Of a stretch of 64,000 nucleotides of DNA, positions 18,664 through 28,463 are shown in pieces. The stretch is from positions 1 to 64,000 of the forward strand of contig CAVVMW010000030.1 of assembly GCA_963749495.1 (NCBI GenBank). The letters run 5' to 3'. The notes beneath the pieces were generated by a model. It was given only the letters and a program-made list of their open reading frames with translations. It had not been told where the DNA came from and searched no databases. Both the position numbers and the translations under genes were made by a program. Within the stretch, counting starts at the first letter, position 1; every line of letters begins with the position of its first letter. The stretch comes from an uncultured bacterium (GTDB lineage: Bacteria > Verrucomicrobiota > Verrucomicrobiia > Limisphaerales > UBA8199).

Positions 18664-21021
18664 ATGAGAACTCTGCACGATCGCTCTGCCTTGGCGGCCA
18701 CGGCCGCGCTGGCCATGTGTGTCCTTTTCCCGGCTTGGTCTTCGATGGCCGCTTTAACCGGCGGCAACGAGGAATTTGTGGGGCCCTTCCCGAGTTGGCG
18801 CAATGCCCAGCGCGATTATGGCGCCCGCGGCGACGGCCAGGCCGATGACACCGCGGCCCTCCAGCGCGCGCTCGATGACCTGGTAAAACACACGAACACC
18901 TGCGTGCTCTACCTTCCTGCCGGCACGTATCGCATCAGCCAGACGCTGAAAACGGTCCGCAAGGCGCACACGGATTGCCAGGGCGTCGCGGTCGTCGGCG
19001 AGGACCCCCCGAGCACGGTTCTGCGCTGGGACGGCGCCAACGGCGGCACGATGTTCCAGTGGGATGCGTGGTATTCCAAGATTTCGCGGCTCACCTTCGA
19101 CGGAGCGGGCCGCGCTGACACGGCGTTGACGTACGGTCCAGCCTTCTCGACTTACAACGAAACCAGCGACCTGATTTTCCGCGACGCCACCAACGGCCTC
19201 GTCTTCGGCGGCCCCAGGACCGAGGGCCAGGCGGAGAATGCCGTGCTGCGCTGCCAGTTCCTTCGGTGCGGGACGGGCATCCAGACGGTGAACTGGAATT
19301 CGATGGACATTTGGGTCTGGTATGGCCGCTTCGAGGATTGCGGGCGTGGCGTCCACAATGTCATGGGCAATTGGCACGTTTGGGAGTCGCTCTTCCTGCG
19401 CTCGCGCATTGCCGACCTAAGCAGCATCAATCTCATGGCATTCTCGGCGGTCAACAACACCAGCGTCGGCTCGCGGCGCTTCTTTGATTTCTCCACCGGC
19501 CACTCCTGGGGTTCGCCCGTGAGCCTCACAGGCAACCGGGTGCTGGACCCCGCGGGCGATTGGGCCGTCATCCTCGACAACGCGGGACCGTATCTGGTCG
19601 TGGACAACCAATTCCGCCTGGCGGGCGCGGCGCGCGGTGTGCGCATGACCTGGGCCGACCAGACGCTCGTCGGCAACCTCTACTCGAAGACGAACGCCGT
19701 GCAAGAACGCGGCCGGTTCCGGCGGCTCGCGGAGAGGGTCGTCACGGCCGACGAGATCCCCGGGACGCTCCCGCCGCTGCCGTTCACGCCGCCGCACCGC
19801 GAAACAACGGCCATAGAAATGCCCGCCGGCGCCGATGCCGAAACCATCCAGCGGGCCATCGACCAGGCGGCGAAACTGGCGGGCCGGCGTCCAGTGGTCC
19901 ACCTGCCGATGGGCAGCTATCCGATAGCGAAGACGCTCGTTATCCCGGCCGGCTGCGACCTCCAACTCGTCGGCGACAGCGCCGGCGAAACCGGCACACG
20001 CCTCGAGTGGACCGGACCCGAGGACGGCATCGTCCTCTGGGTCAGGGGTCCCAGCCACGCCACGCTGCGCGATTTCTACGTCCACGCCGGGCAGGCTCGA
20101 GCGTTGCTCGTGGAGGATTGCGACCAGGCGCAAGGACACATTTTCGCCGACCAACTGAACGTTAACGGTCCCAGCGCCTCGGGCGGCACCAACACCGCTG
20201 CGCTTCGGATCAGCGGACTGGAGCGGACCGACGTCCTCCTCCGCTCACTACAAGGCAGTGGCAACGGCGGGCGCTGGGTGGAAGTGGTCGGCGGCCCCAA
20301 TGCCGAGCACGCCACCAACCAGGTCAGCATCTTCACCGGCGCCACGGGCTCAGCCGCCGGCCAGTATGATGTGCGCCACGGCGGGCGTCTGGTGGTGCGC
20401 AGCGTCTATCACGAGCGCAGCAGCGATTCGCTCAATGGCCTGCACCTGGCCGACCGCGGCACATTGAGCATCGATGCCACGCGCTTTTCCTATGCAACCT
20501 CACCCACTTCGCCCACGGTTGCCGCCGACAACTTCCGGGGCCTGTTCACGCTCGCCACCTGCATGCTCCTGCCAGTGGAGACCAAGACAAGCTGCCGCTT
20601 TGAACTGCGCGGCGACGGCGGCGGGGCCAGCGTGCTGGCACTGAACGACCAGTTCTGGATTGAGCAGAGAACCACGGCCGATGACGTCTGGCGCAATGTC
20701 GCCGAGCCGCCCGCGCGCGGCGGCCTCCTCGGGTGCAATGTGAACACCGCGAGAAAAGAGGCCGCGCCCAAAGGCTATGAGGGCCTGGCGAACCCGGGCG
20801 AGCATCCCGACCCGGCAAGGTCCGCTTCCGGCTCCGGCCCACTGGACAACCGCGGCCTCGTGGACGACGCCACGCTCCTGCGCCACCTGGCTCCGTTGCG
20901 AGGAGCGCGTGTCTGGCTGCCGGACGCCTCCGCTCCAACCAACGCCACGGACCTGCGCATCCATCGCGTCATGGCCACCGGCGGACGCGGCGCGGTGGTG
21001 GAATTCCGCGCTTCGCCTTGA
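18664..21021 (+). CDS. Secreted pectate lyase 3 / GH28-GH55-like double beta-helix protein
   Basis: DYGARGDGQADDTAALQRALD..LYLPAGTYRI; second IQRAID..VHLPMGSYPI module. Confidence 0.85.
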   Translation: MRTLHDRSALAATAALAMCVLFPAWSSMAALTGGNEEFVGPFPSWRNAQRDYGARGDGQADDTAALQRALDDLVKHTNTCVLYLPAGTYRISQTLKTVRKAHTDCQGVAVVGEDPPSTVLRWDGANGGTMFQWDAWYSKISRLTFDGAGRADTALTYGPAFSTYNETSDLIFRDATNGLVFGGPRTEGQAENAVLRCQFLRCGTGIQTVNWNSMDIWVWYGRFEDCGRGVHNVMGNWHVWESLFLRSRIADLSSINLMAFSAVNNTSVGSRRFFDFSTGHSWGSPVSLTGNRVLDPAGDWAVILDNAGPYLVVDNQFRLAGAARGVRMTWADQTLVGNLYSKTNAVQERGRFRRLAERVVTADEIPGTLPPLPFTPPHRETTAIEMPAGADAETIQRAIDQAAKLAGRRPVVHLPMGSYPIAKTLVIPAGCDLQLVGDSAGETGTRLEWTGPEDGIVLWVRGPSHATLRDFYVHAGQARALLVEDCDQAQGHIFADQLNVNGPSASGGTNTAALRISGLERTDVLLRSLQGSGNGGRWVEVVGGPNAEHATNQVSIFTGATGSAAGQYDVRHGGRLVVRSVYHERSSDSLNGLHLADRGTLSIDATRFSYATSPTSPTVAADNFRGLFTLATCMLLPVETKTSCRFELRGDGGGASVLALNDQFWIEQRTTADDVWRNVAEPPARGGLLGCNVNTARKEAAPKGYEGLANPGEHPDPARSASGSGPLDNRGLVDDATLLRHLAPLRGARVWLPDASAPTNATDLRIHRVMATGGRGAVVEFRASP

Positions 21022-21034
21022 ATTCTCTGGCCCG

Positions 21035-21274
21035 TCACTTCTTCTCGTCTCCCGGCAACGGCGGAACATCCCTGACCTTTGCCACTACGCGGTCAAACTT
21101 CTTCCAGCTTCCGCGCTTGGCGCGCTTGGCAATCGTGTCGCGCCTCCGCCAGGCGGAGACCTGATAGGCCAGGGCGATGCTCACCAGTTGGTCAACGCTA
21201 ACCTTCTCCTGCTCGGCAAGCTCCTCGATTTGCCTCGCCAGTGGGTCCGGCACTTGCGCCTGAATCGTTGTCAT
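21035..21274 (-). CDS. RHH/CopG-type antitoxin
   Basis: MTTIQAQVPDPLARQIEELAEQEKVSVDQLVSIALA; coupled to the PIN remnant. Confidence 0.8.
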   Translation of the reverse strand: MTTIQAQVPDPLARQIEELAEQEKVSVDQLVSIALAYQVSAWRRRDTIAKRAKRGSWKKFDRVVAKVRDVPPLPGDEKK

Positions 21275-21414
21275 TCGCTCTTTCTCAATTTGGCCAAAAA
21301 TTCGGCCGGTGTCACAACCTCTATACCAAACGCAAGGATCTCAAAGGCCGCCCCGCGCCTCGACCAAAGCGCGCTTAAGAAGACATTGGTGTCAATGATG
21401 GCGCGCACCGGCAT
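21271..21414 (-). pseudogene. PIN-domain toxin with internal deletion
   Basis: N-terminal IIDTNVFLSAL..GAAFEIL joined directly to C-terminal FGIEVVTPAEFL. Confidence 0.8.
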
Positions 21415-21646
21415 GAGCCGAGTGAACGACAAAACATTCGGTCGGTCAAGGCAGCGTGCTGGACGACGCCACGCTCCTGCGCCGCCTGGCTCCGTTGCGA
21501 GGAGCGCGTGTCTGGCTGCCGGACGCATCCGCTCCAACCAACGCCACGGACCTCCGCATCCATCGCGTCATGGCCACCGGCGGACGCGGCGCGGTGGTGG
21601 AGTTCCGGGCCCAGCCCTGACGCGGAGGCTAGCCTGGAAGACCGCC

Positions 21647-21859
21647 ATGAACGAACGCCGGTATCGAATTGTTATGACTAAGGCCGCTGAGAAGACCGTC
21701 GTTCGCTCCATTCGCCGCAAGCGCGAGCAGATCGCCACGCTGCGCGAGGATTTGGAGGATCTGAACGACTTCCTGGACGTGATCGAAGCCCGAGTGCGGG
21801 ACGAAGGCAAGCCGCGCCTCGCGCACCAGGAAGTCAAACGACGCTACGGAGTTCGCTAA
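21647..21859 (+). CDS. Small antitoxin-like protein (orphan)
   Basis: LREDLEDLNDFLDVIEAR..PRLAHQEVKRRYG. Confidence 0.55.
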   Translation: MNERRYRIVMTKAAEKTVVRSIRRKREQIATLREDLEDLNDFLDVIEARVRDEGKPRLAHQEVKRRYGVR

Positions 21860-21944
21860 GGGTTTGTGCAAGAGCCAGGCCGCGGGTGAAGCGGCGTATC
21901 AAGCGCAGATTCGTTGGCTCCGCATTTTCTGGCGAGGGGGCGCG

Positions 21945-22124
21945 CCTGTATGGGGTCGTTGGAATTCCACGGGCGTGGCCGTGGTTTACACCTCCAGTGC
22001 GATCTCGTTGGCGATCCTCGAGTGGATTTTGAATCCAGCGCATCCGGGCTTCGAGAGGATCAGCATGGGCAAGCCACGGAAGTTCAAGGCCGACCTGCGG
22101 CTCGGCTCATTGGTCTCCCATTAA
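21945..22124 (+). pseudogene. RES-domain toxin remnant with internal deletion
   Basis: GRWNSTGVAVVYTSSAISLAILE joined to ILNPAHPGF..F..DLRL. Confidence 0.78.
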
Positions 22125-23344
22125 TTCAGAAACCGCTCGAAAAACGCGCAGAGCTGCTCGTTGGATTCCGGGGTGGGCATGTGCGCCGGGCGGCTGGTCA
22201 GGGCGACCCGGTTGGTGCAGCCCAGCAACTGATTCACTGCCAGGAGGTGGTTCAAGGCCAGCCAGCGCGCGGGCGGGTCTTCGGAGCCGCCGGAGACCAG
22301 GAACGGGCGCGGTGCGATGAGCGCGTGCAGCTCGTGCAGGTCCCGGCCGGTCTGGACCATGCGTTTGTATGCCCCGGTGCGCGGGTTGTCCGCCGAGGGC
22401 AGGCCGGCCTTCGGACGTTTCTCGTTCGCATCCAAACCGAGATACCACGGTTCCCAATAATTCACGTTGGGACGGGTCTCATCAAATACAATGCCGGGAT
22501 CGCTGACCGCCACGGCGGCGAACTTCTCCCAAAGCGCGCCCGCAAACAGCGCCCATTTGCCCCCGTAAGAGTGCCCCACGACCCCGATGCGCGCCGAATC
22601 CACTTGCCACAGGTTGGCCAGGGCGTGCCAGCAGTTGGCGGCCACATAAGCATGATAGGACAGCGGTTGGCATTGCGCGGCACCGAGTTCCGGCTTCCAG
22701 GCATTGCCCCCGGGCGTGCCAATCGAGAGGGTGACGAAACCGCGCCGGGCAAGCTGCAAGCCAAAATCCCGAAGCGGCTCCTTGCCCAACCCAATGCTGG
22801 TTTCCGGCTCGTAGTACAAGACCAGCACGGCCGGAAAGGGGCCTTGGCCCTCCGGCACCAGCAACCAACCTTCTCCCGTCTGGCCCGGGGCGATTTCCAC
22901 GCGAACCCGGTGGCGCGAGAAACGCTCGAGCGGACCTGGAGCAGAAGCCTGGCCTGTCTTGGCGAGGGTCGGACCCGCGTTGGTTTCGAGGGCAAGACGG
23001 TTTCGCATAGGGGGACGGGACGCCTGCTGGACTACGGGCAGGAATTCGACCTTCGGCGTCTGGAGGATGGGCGGCCAGGGCCCCATAAGGCCGTGCCATT
23101 GCTTGAGAATCTCCTCCCGGCGCCGCGCCCAGTCCGCGGCGGTCCTCACCTGCGAGCCGTCCTCAAATTTCAGCGGCGAGCGGTAGGGGCCAAACTGGTT
23201 GGCGTACTCGGGCGGCGGGCGGAGGAACGGCGCGAGAGTTTGAGCAGGGCCGGTCCTGCCGGCTGAAATGACGGCCGGTTCGTCCGGGTGGAGCGGCAAA
23301 AGGCCCTGGCACAAGACGAGGTTGGGCAGGAGCAAGAGAAGCAC
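22121..23344 (-). CDS. Secreted alpha/beta hydrolase (dienelactone hydrolase / acetylxylan-esterase-like)
   Basis: GHSYGG nucleophile elbow; LHALIAPRPFLVSGGSED; signal peptide. Confidence 0.85.
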   Translation of the reverse strand: MLLLLLPNLVLCQGLLPLHPDEPAVISAGRTGPAQTLAPFLRPPPEYANQFGPYRSPLKFEDGSQVRTAADWARRREEILKQWHGLMGPWPPILQTPKVEFLPVVQQASRPPMRNRLALETNAGPTLAKTGQASAPGPLERFSRHRVRVEIAPGQTGEGWLLVPEGQGPFPAVLVLYYEPETSIGLGKEPLRDFGLQLARRGFVTLSIGTPGGNAWKPELGAAQCQPLSYHAYVAANCWHALANLWQVDSARIGVVGHSYGGKWALFAGALWEKFAAVAVSDPGIVFDETRPNVNYWEPWYLGLDANEKRPKAGLPSADNPRTGAYKRMVQTGRDLHELHALIAPRPFLVSGGSEDPPARWLALNHLLAVNQLLGCTNRVALTSRPAHMPTPESNEQLCAFFERFLN

Positions 23345-23697
23345 CGCGAAGGCGCTCGAAGTGCGGAGGTCGTTTCACGTGTATCAAGTGTGCATCATGC
23401 CTGGACCAATTCAAGCCCTTTCAACCCGCTTTTAGTTTCCGCGAACTTGTCGTACGGGCCTGATGCGAATTGACTGGGGCGCGGCGTTGGCCAAGGATTC
23501 GCCATGCTCTTTTCCCGCTGAGGAGCGTATCTCGAGCACAAGCCCAACAAACGGTCGTGCAGTCAGCGTCCGTCCCCGGAATCGGGGATAGACGGAGTTC
23601 TGCCGTTTTGGCAACATGGCCTAAAACCACAAGGCCGGACGTGGAAACCGCTTGGCGGCTGCGCCTCCATCCGCTCTGGCAACGAGCGCGAACGACT

Positions 23698-25140
23698 ATG
23701 AATACGCTGTCAAACCTGATGAGAATGGGCACCTGGACTAACCTGATGCCATATCCCCTAGACTCCCACGTTGCGCGCCCAATGGCGTTGCTGGTCATTT
23801 GCGCATGTGGCCTGGCCGAAAACATTCGAGCAGCCGATCCGGCCGCACCTGCGGCTCCGGCCGCTGCGAAGGAAAAATGCTTCTGGCAGGGAGAACTCCT
23901 TGCCGGAACCGCGAAAATCAACGTAACTCCGGAGAACACCAAGCAGCCCGTCCACGACAAGGTAAACGCCCGCGCACTGGTGCTTGAGATAAACGGCAAA
24001 CGCCTGGCCTTCGTTTCCGTCGATCTCGGCATTTACACCAGCGAGCATTTGGTCGCCACTTGCAAAGAGAAATTCGGGCTTTCGCAAATGGTGCTCAGTT
24101 CCTCTCACACGCACTCCGATCCAGGCCGCAATTACAAGAATTTCTACGAGGAACAGATCATCCAGGCGATGGACACCGCCGTCAAAAACATGTTCCCCGC
24201 GCGAATTTCCGCCGGCCACAGGAGCTTTCCGCAACTGGGCTTCAATCGCTTGATCACTCGTGATGACGGGCATTCCAGGGAATCCTGGGTGTCGGACGAG
24301 CATTACCTGTGCGAAAACCCGGACCGCATCCCTTTCGGGCCGGTTGACCCCGAAGTTGGCGTTATCAAGATTCAAGACGCCAAAGGCCAACCGCGTGCCA
24401 TCATGATGAATTACGCCTGCCACGCGGATGTCGTTTGCCAGAACTACGCGGTGTCGGCGGATTTTCCCGGCGTCGCCTGCAGAAAAGTGGAAGAAGCCCT
24501 TGGCCCCAACCTCACCTGCCTTTTTGTTCAAGGCGCCGCGGGGAATATTGAATCGCTGATCATTAGTTCCCGCAGATCCGGTCCTGACGATCCGTTCCAG
24601 ACGGATTATAATTCCATCGAGCGCGTTGGCCACCTGCTTTCCTACGAAGCCATCAAGCTGGCTAAGTCCCTAACCCCCAAACCGGGCAACGAAACGACGA
24701 TCCGTTACATGAACGACTCGCTGAAATTCACCGGACGCTTTGACAAACACGCAAACTTCGACCTCCATATTTGCACGATCTTGATCAACGACGAGATCGC
24801 CATCGCCACCGTGCCGGGCGAGCCGTTCATTCAACTCCAGCTTGACTGGAAGCATAAGGTGAACATGCCTCATCCCTTTGTTTTCGGATACACCTGGCAC
24901 GAGGGGACCTGGCCCAATTACGTTCCCGACATCATGTCCGCGGCCCGCGGCGGATATGGCGCTGATCAAAACGGCCCCACGATGATAGAAGTCGGCTCGG
25001 GCGAAGCCATCATGAATAAGCACCTGGAGAATGTCCTCAGGTTGAGCGGGCTGATGCGCGAAACCCCGGGTCCGACTGGCTGGACCCCCGGGGACCGTTG
25101 GATATATACGCCGGTTCCGCGAACAAATCGGCAGCGTTAA
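23698..25140 (+). CDS. Neutral/alkaline ceramidase-like exported protein (start uncertain)
   Basis: AGTAKINVTP, ARALVL, SSHTHS, NYACHAD, SADFPG, QGAAGNI, PGEPF motifs. Confidence 0.82.
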   Translation: MNTLSNLMRMGTWTNLMPYPLDSHVARPMALLVICACGLAENIRAADPAAPAAPAAAKEKCFWQGELLAGTAKINVTPENTKQPVHDKVNARALVLEINGKRLAFVSVDLGIYTSEHLVATCKEKFGLSQMVLSSSHTHSDPGRNYKNFYEEQIIQAMDTAVKNMFPARISAGHRSFPQLGFNRLITRDDGHSRESWVSDEHYLCENPDRIPFGPVDPEVGVIKIQDAKGQPRAIMMNYACHADVVCQNYAVSADFPGVACRKVEEALGPNLTCLFVQGAAGNIESLIISSRRSGPDDPFQTDYNSIERVGHLLSYEAIKLAKSLTPKPGNETTIRYMNDSLKFTGRFDKHANFDLHICTILINDEIAIATVPGEPFIQLQLDWKHKVNMPHPFVFGYTWHEGTWPNYVPDIMSAARGGYGADQNGPTMIEVGSGEAIMNKHLENVLRLSGLMRETPGPTGWTPGDRWIYTPVPRTNRQR

Positions 25141-25362
25141 CGAGGCTCGTCCTGCCGACGCCAGCGCCACCGGTGATGACCAAGTCCCGGTTCGCCGGTG
25201 TGCGCCTGCTGAGTCGTCGCCGCTTCGCCAGGGTGATGACCGTATTGTGGACCGATGGGACCAACACCCTGAAATGACGTTTCATGCCGGTTTCAGCGGG
25301 CGGAAGGAAGCGGGAGGATCAAGACGGACTGTATCCCGCATCTCAGCATCATTGCGCAATCC

Positions 25363-25670
25363 TTACGGCGAGAGCACCACCCGGTAAAACCGTCGCGGAC
25401 CGTTCGTGACTGAGTCCGTGGCGCTGAGCGTCGCTGCCGTTGCGGTGACGGCGCTGCCCAGGTTGGCCCAGTTGGTCGAACTCAAGAATGAAGGCTGGTC
25501 AAGACCACTGCGGCCTGTGCTCCCAAAGTGGGCAGCACGAGCACGGCTGCCCAGAGCAATCGCATCAGCAGAGCCAAAACCGGCTTCCTGCCGGACACCG
25601 GCTCGCTCATTTCCCCGGTTTGGGAAGTGCGGTTGGTGGTAATCCCGAATTGTGCTCTTGTTGTTTTCAT
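25363..25670 (-). pseudogene. Secreted surface protein reduced to signal peptide + RFYRV C-terminal domain
   Basis: MKTTRAQ..LLWAAVLVLPTLGAQAAVVLTSLHS joined out of frame to LSSTNWANLGSAVTATAATLSATDSVTNGPRRFYRVVLSP*. Confidence 0.8.
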
Positions 25671-25827
25671 ACGCGTCTTCATCGTGCCCGGAAACAACAT
25701 GTCCATACCCACCCCGGCTAGCCTCAAGCCTCGCCGGGGTTGGGCAGCCGTCCGCGGCAGCAAAAAATGGGCCTGCACTGACGGCTGCCGGTTTGCATCG
25801 GGACGGGCGACCCGCCCGGCGAGCCGG

Positions 25828-26490
25828 TTAGGCTTTCACCTTCAGCACATAACTGAGAATCCAGTAGTGCCGGAGAAACTCGACCTGCACCTCCATAGCC
25901 ATGCCATCCACAGCGGCTCGTAACTCGGATTCGGTCGGAAAATTCTTGAGCACCTCGTGAACGGACCCATCGTCCAAGTTGCGTATCTGGTAGGTTTCCC
26001 CAGACCCATCGGTGCGCGAGATGGGAGTGCTGCTGCCCTCCACGTAGGCGTTATCGATGAAAACCACTCTGGCGCTTTGCGAAAACAGGCGGTGAAAACC
26101 GGCCAGAAAACTGCGCAGCCGCGCCCGCGGCACGTGGGACCACCAGAAAGCCGCCAACCCGCCGTTAAACCGTTGTGGCAGGGTCGGCAGTGCGTAGGCG
26201 TCCTCGCGGCGAAACTCGACGTTCCGAGCGGCGATGGGTTTGGTCCGGGCGATAGCCAGGACTTCCTCATTGACGTCCGTGGCAACCACCGACGAAGCCG
26301 ACTGCGCGACGACCTCCGTCCAGTAGCCAGTGCCGCACGCCACCTCGAAGACATGAGCACCGGCAAAGGTACGCTCAACAAAACTCTGCAACCGCCGCAG
26401 GTCATCCTGACGCTCCGGCTTGGCGTAGATGCGTTCGTACTCATTGGCCCGTTCGGCATAGTAGTTGACCATTGAACCTTCGATGCTCAT
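25828..26490 (-). CDS. Class I SAM-dependent methyltransferase
   Basis: VFEVACGTGYWT motif I; AAFWWSHVP. Confidence 0.9.
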   Translation of the reverse strand: MSIEGSMVNYYAERANEYERIYAKPERQDDLRRLQSFVERTFAGAHVFEVACGTGYWTEVVAQSASSVVATDVNEEVLAIARTKPIAARNVEFRREDAYALPTLPQRFNGGLAAFWWSHVPRARLRSFLAGFHRLFSQSARVVFIDNAYVEGSSTPISRTDGSGETYQIRNLDDGSVHEVLKNFPTESELRAAVDGMAMEVQVEFLRHYWILSYVLKVKA

Positions 26491-26556
26491 AAGCTGCAGC
26501 GCTTCCGACTGCCGTGTTGAGGCTATGCCGCTGCTCGCCATTTGTCGAGGTCGAGT

Positions 26557-27735
26557 TTAGTCCGGGGGCAGAAGCGCCAGTGCCGCAAAGGCCGTGGCTG
26601 CGTCCGACATGAACATCCGCCTCCAGGGTTCGCCGTCGTCGCCGCCATGTTCGTGATCATAATTGAGCGAGTACGTCCGCCAGCATTTCCAGTGGCTTTG
26701 ATCGATCTGCCATTCCCGTTGATTGGCTTTCAGCCAGTCCGTGGCCCGCTTCAGGCTCGGATGGCCGGCGGGCAATCCCGCCTGCCGAAGCGCATAGGCG
26801 ATCAAGCCCGTGGCATACGCATCCGACTTGGACAGCAGCGCGTAATCAGGCTTTCCCTCCGGCCCATACGGCGGGCTGGCCTTGGACCAAGTCCACGGCC
26901 CCAACTTGTAAAGGGACCAACCGCCATCGGCGTTCTGTTTGCTCTGCAGGCCGGCCTTCAACGCATCGGTCTGCTCGCGGCTCAGCAAGCCCGCCAGACG
27001 AGTGGAGGCGAGCAGCACCCAAGCCCTGCCGTAGAGATTCTGATCGGCATAGTTTGCGTTCAGGTAGGAGCGCATTTTGCCCAAGCCACTCGGCACCTTG
27101 CCGTCCGCGCCGCCCGCGTACCCAGGGGCGGTTCCGACCGCCATCGCCGCCAGGGCCGCCCCGTAGTAAGCGCTATCGGCGGACTCGTAAGGCTCCAGCC
27201 CGAAGTCCAGCCAATCCCAGGCTCCGTCAGCACATTGCTCTCTCCAAAGCTCTTCGAGCGCCTTGCAGGTCGGCCCACTCGGCTCCCGGCGATTCTGGCG
27301 GGCATCCTCACCGGCCAGGATGAGAAGGTTCAGCACCGCCTCGGTCCCGCGTGACTGTTCCTCCTTATTCTTGTAGAGCGGTTCGTGATTTGCGCACGTG
27401 TCCACCCGACGAAGCGTTTCGTCGAGCATCTTCGCTTCCTGGGGCGTCGACTGGCTCACGCCAGACGCTTTGCGCAGCACCGGACGGGCGAGCGCATAGG
27501 GGAGGACTGTGTGGCACGAAACACACGAGGTGCTTCCCTGGCCGGTTCGCAGCTTTTTTGCTTTGTCGAACCACAAATCCATCCGGTCATCCAGGTATGT
27601 TGCCGCCGCTTGCTGGTCCCAGGCAGTTGGTGTATTTCGCGCCGTCGTTGCCTGGGACGGCACCGGCGCGGCAGAAGCGGCGAGGGCCGGCACAGCAACG
27701 AACACCAGGCCGAAAATCGGTGCGCAGTATTTCAT
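26557..27735 (-). CDS. Secreted prenyltransferase/squalene-cyclase-repeat protein with CxxCH
   Basis: SCVSCHT; QCADGAW and QNADGGW QW repeats; SDAYATGL. Confidence 0.8.
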   Translation of the reverse strand: MKYCAPIFGLVFVAVPALAASAAPVPSQATTARNTPTAWDQQAAATYLDDRMDLWFDKAKKLRTGQGSTSCVSCHTVLPYALARPVLRKASGVSQSTPQEAKMLDETLRRVDTCANHEPLYKNKEEQSRGTEAVLNLLILAGEDARQNRREPSGPTCKALEELWREQCADGAWDWLDFGLEPYESADSAYYGAALAAMAVGTAPGYAGGADGKVPSGLGKMRSYLNANYADQNLYGRAWVLLASTRLAGLLSREQTDALKAGLQSKQNADGGWSLYKLGPWTWSKASPPYGPEGKPDYALLSKSDAYATGLIAYALRQAGLPAGHPSLKRATDWLKANQREWQIDQSHWKCWRTYSLNYDHEHGGDDGEPWRRMFMSDAATAFAALALLPPD

Positions 27736-27787
27736 GGTTTACCCTGTAGCCCCGGCGAAGCTGTCAGTCAAGGCCCCTCCACCTGGC

Positions 27788-28058
27788 GGGTGCGATTGAA
27801 ACCGTCGATCAGCCCACGGCGCCGTTTTGCCCCGAAGGGGCTTCCGACAATAGCGCGGCGTTTCAACGCCGGGTGAGCGGACCCGAAGATCAGGTCCGTC
27901 CCGAAGGGACGGCTGAAAGTAAGGCGTGTTCTCAATCGTCCCTTCGGGACGAGGGGTCCCTTTTTTGGCCTCCCCGGCGTTGAAACGCCGGGCTATTGTC
28001 AGATGTCCCTTCGGGACAAAACCCCCGAGGCGCATGACCGACGCTTTTAATCGCACCC
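27788..28058. mobile_element. ~270-bp composite MITE/REPIN, copy 2
   Basis: Terminal inverted repeats GGGTGCGATTGAAA / TTTTAATCGCACCC enclosing paired family A palindromes. Confidence 0.85.
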
Positions 28059-28134
28059 CCACCTGGCCCGACCGGCAGGCAGACTGCTGGGCCAATTCCT
28101 GCCGGTCGAAGCTCACGGCTTGCGCCCTCCATCG

Positions 28135-28428
28135 ACTGTCAATCACAGGCTGGCCCAAGGCATCCGTGCTCGACTTCGCTGACTGCAAGGCCGTCTGGTC
28201 CAGCAGGACGGTTTTCTGGACGTTAAGCGTTTCGGTGTGGGTATGCTCCGCATTTTTGCCGGTGAGAGCAATTTGCTCGGAGTCCGCAGATGGGGAATCA
28301 AGCACCAAACGCAACTGGAATACGGGTCGAGTTGCGCCGACACGCCGCTGCTGGAACGACTTGCAGCCCGGAGCGAGTGCCACTGCGGCAAGACAAATCG
28401 CCATGATGTGGATTGTTCTGCTTTCCAT
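28135..28428 (-). pseudogene. Lipoprotein with SecDF P1-head-like domain, 3'-truncated
   Basis: LAPGC lipobox-like; VFQLRLVLD..LNVQKTVLLDQTALQSAK..GQPVID. Confidence 0.55.
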
Positions 28429-28463
28429 GCGCGGACATTACCATACCGTCGGGCTTGGCGTTC

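Larger units (their letters stand above)
20861..21607 (+). repeat. ~148-bp direct duplication of the gene 3' end (20861-21008 / 21460-21607)
   Basis: Near-identical TGGACGACGCCACGCTCCTG...GGTGGTGGA(A/G)TTCCG. Confidence 0.92.
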
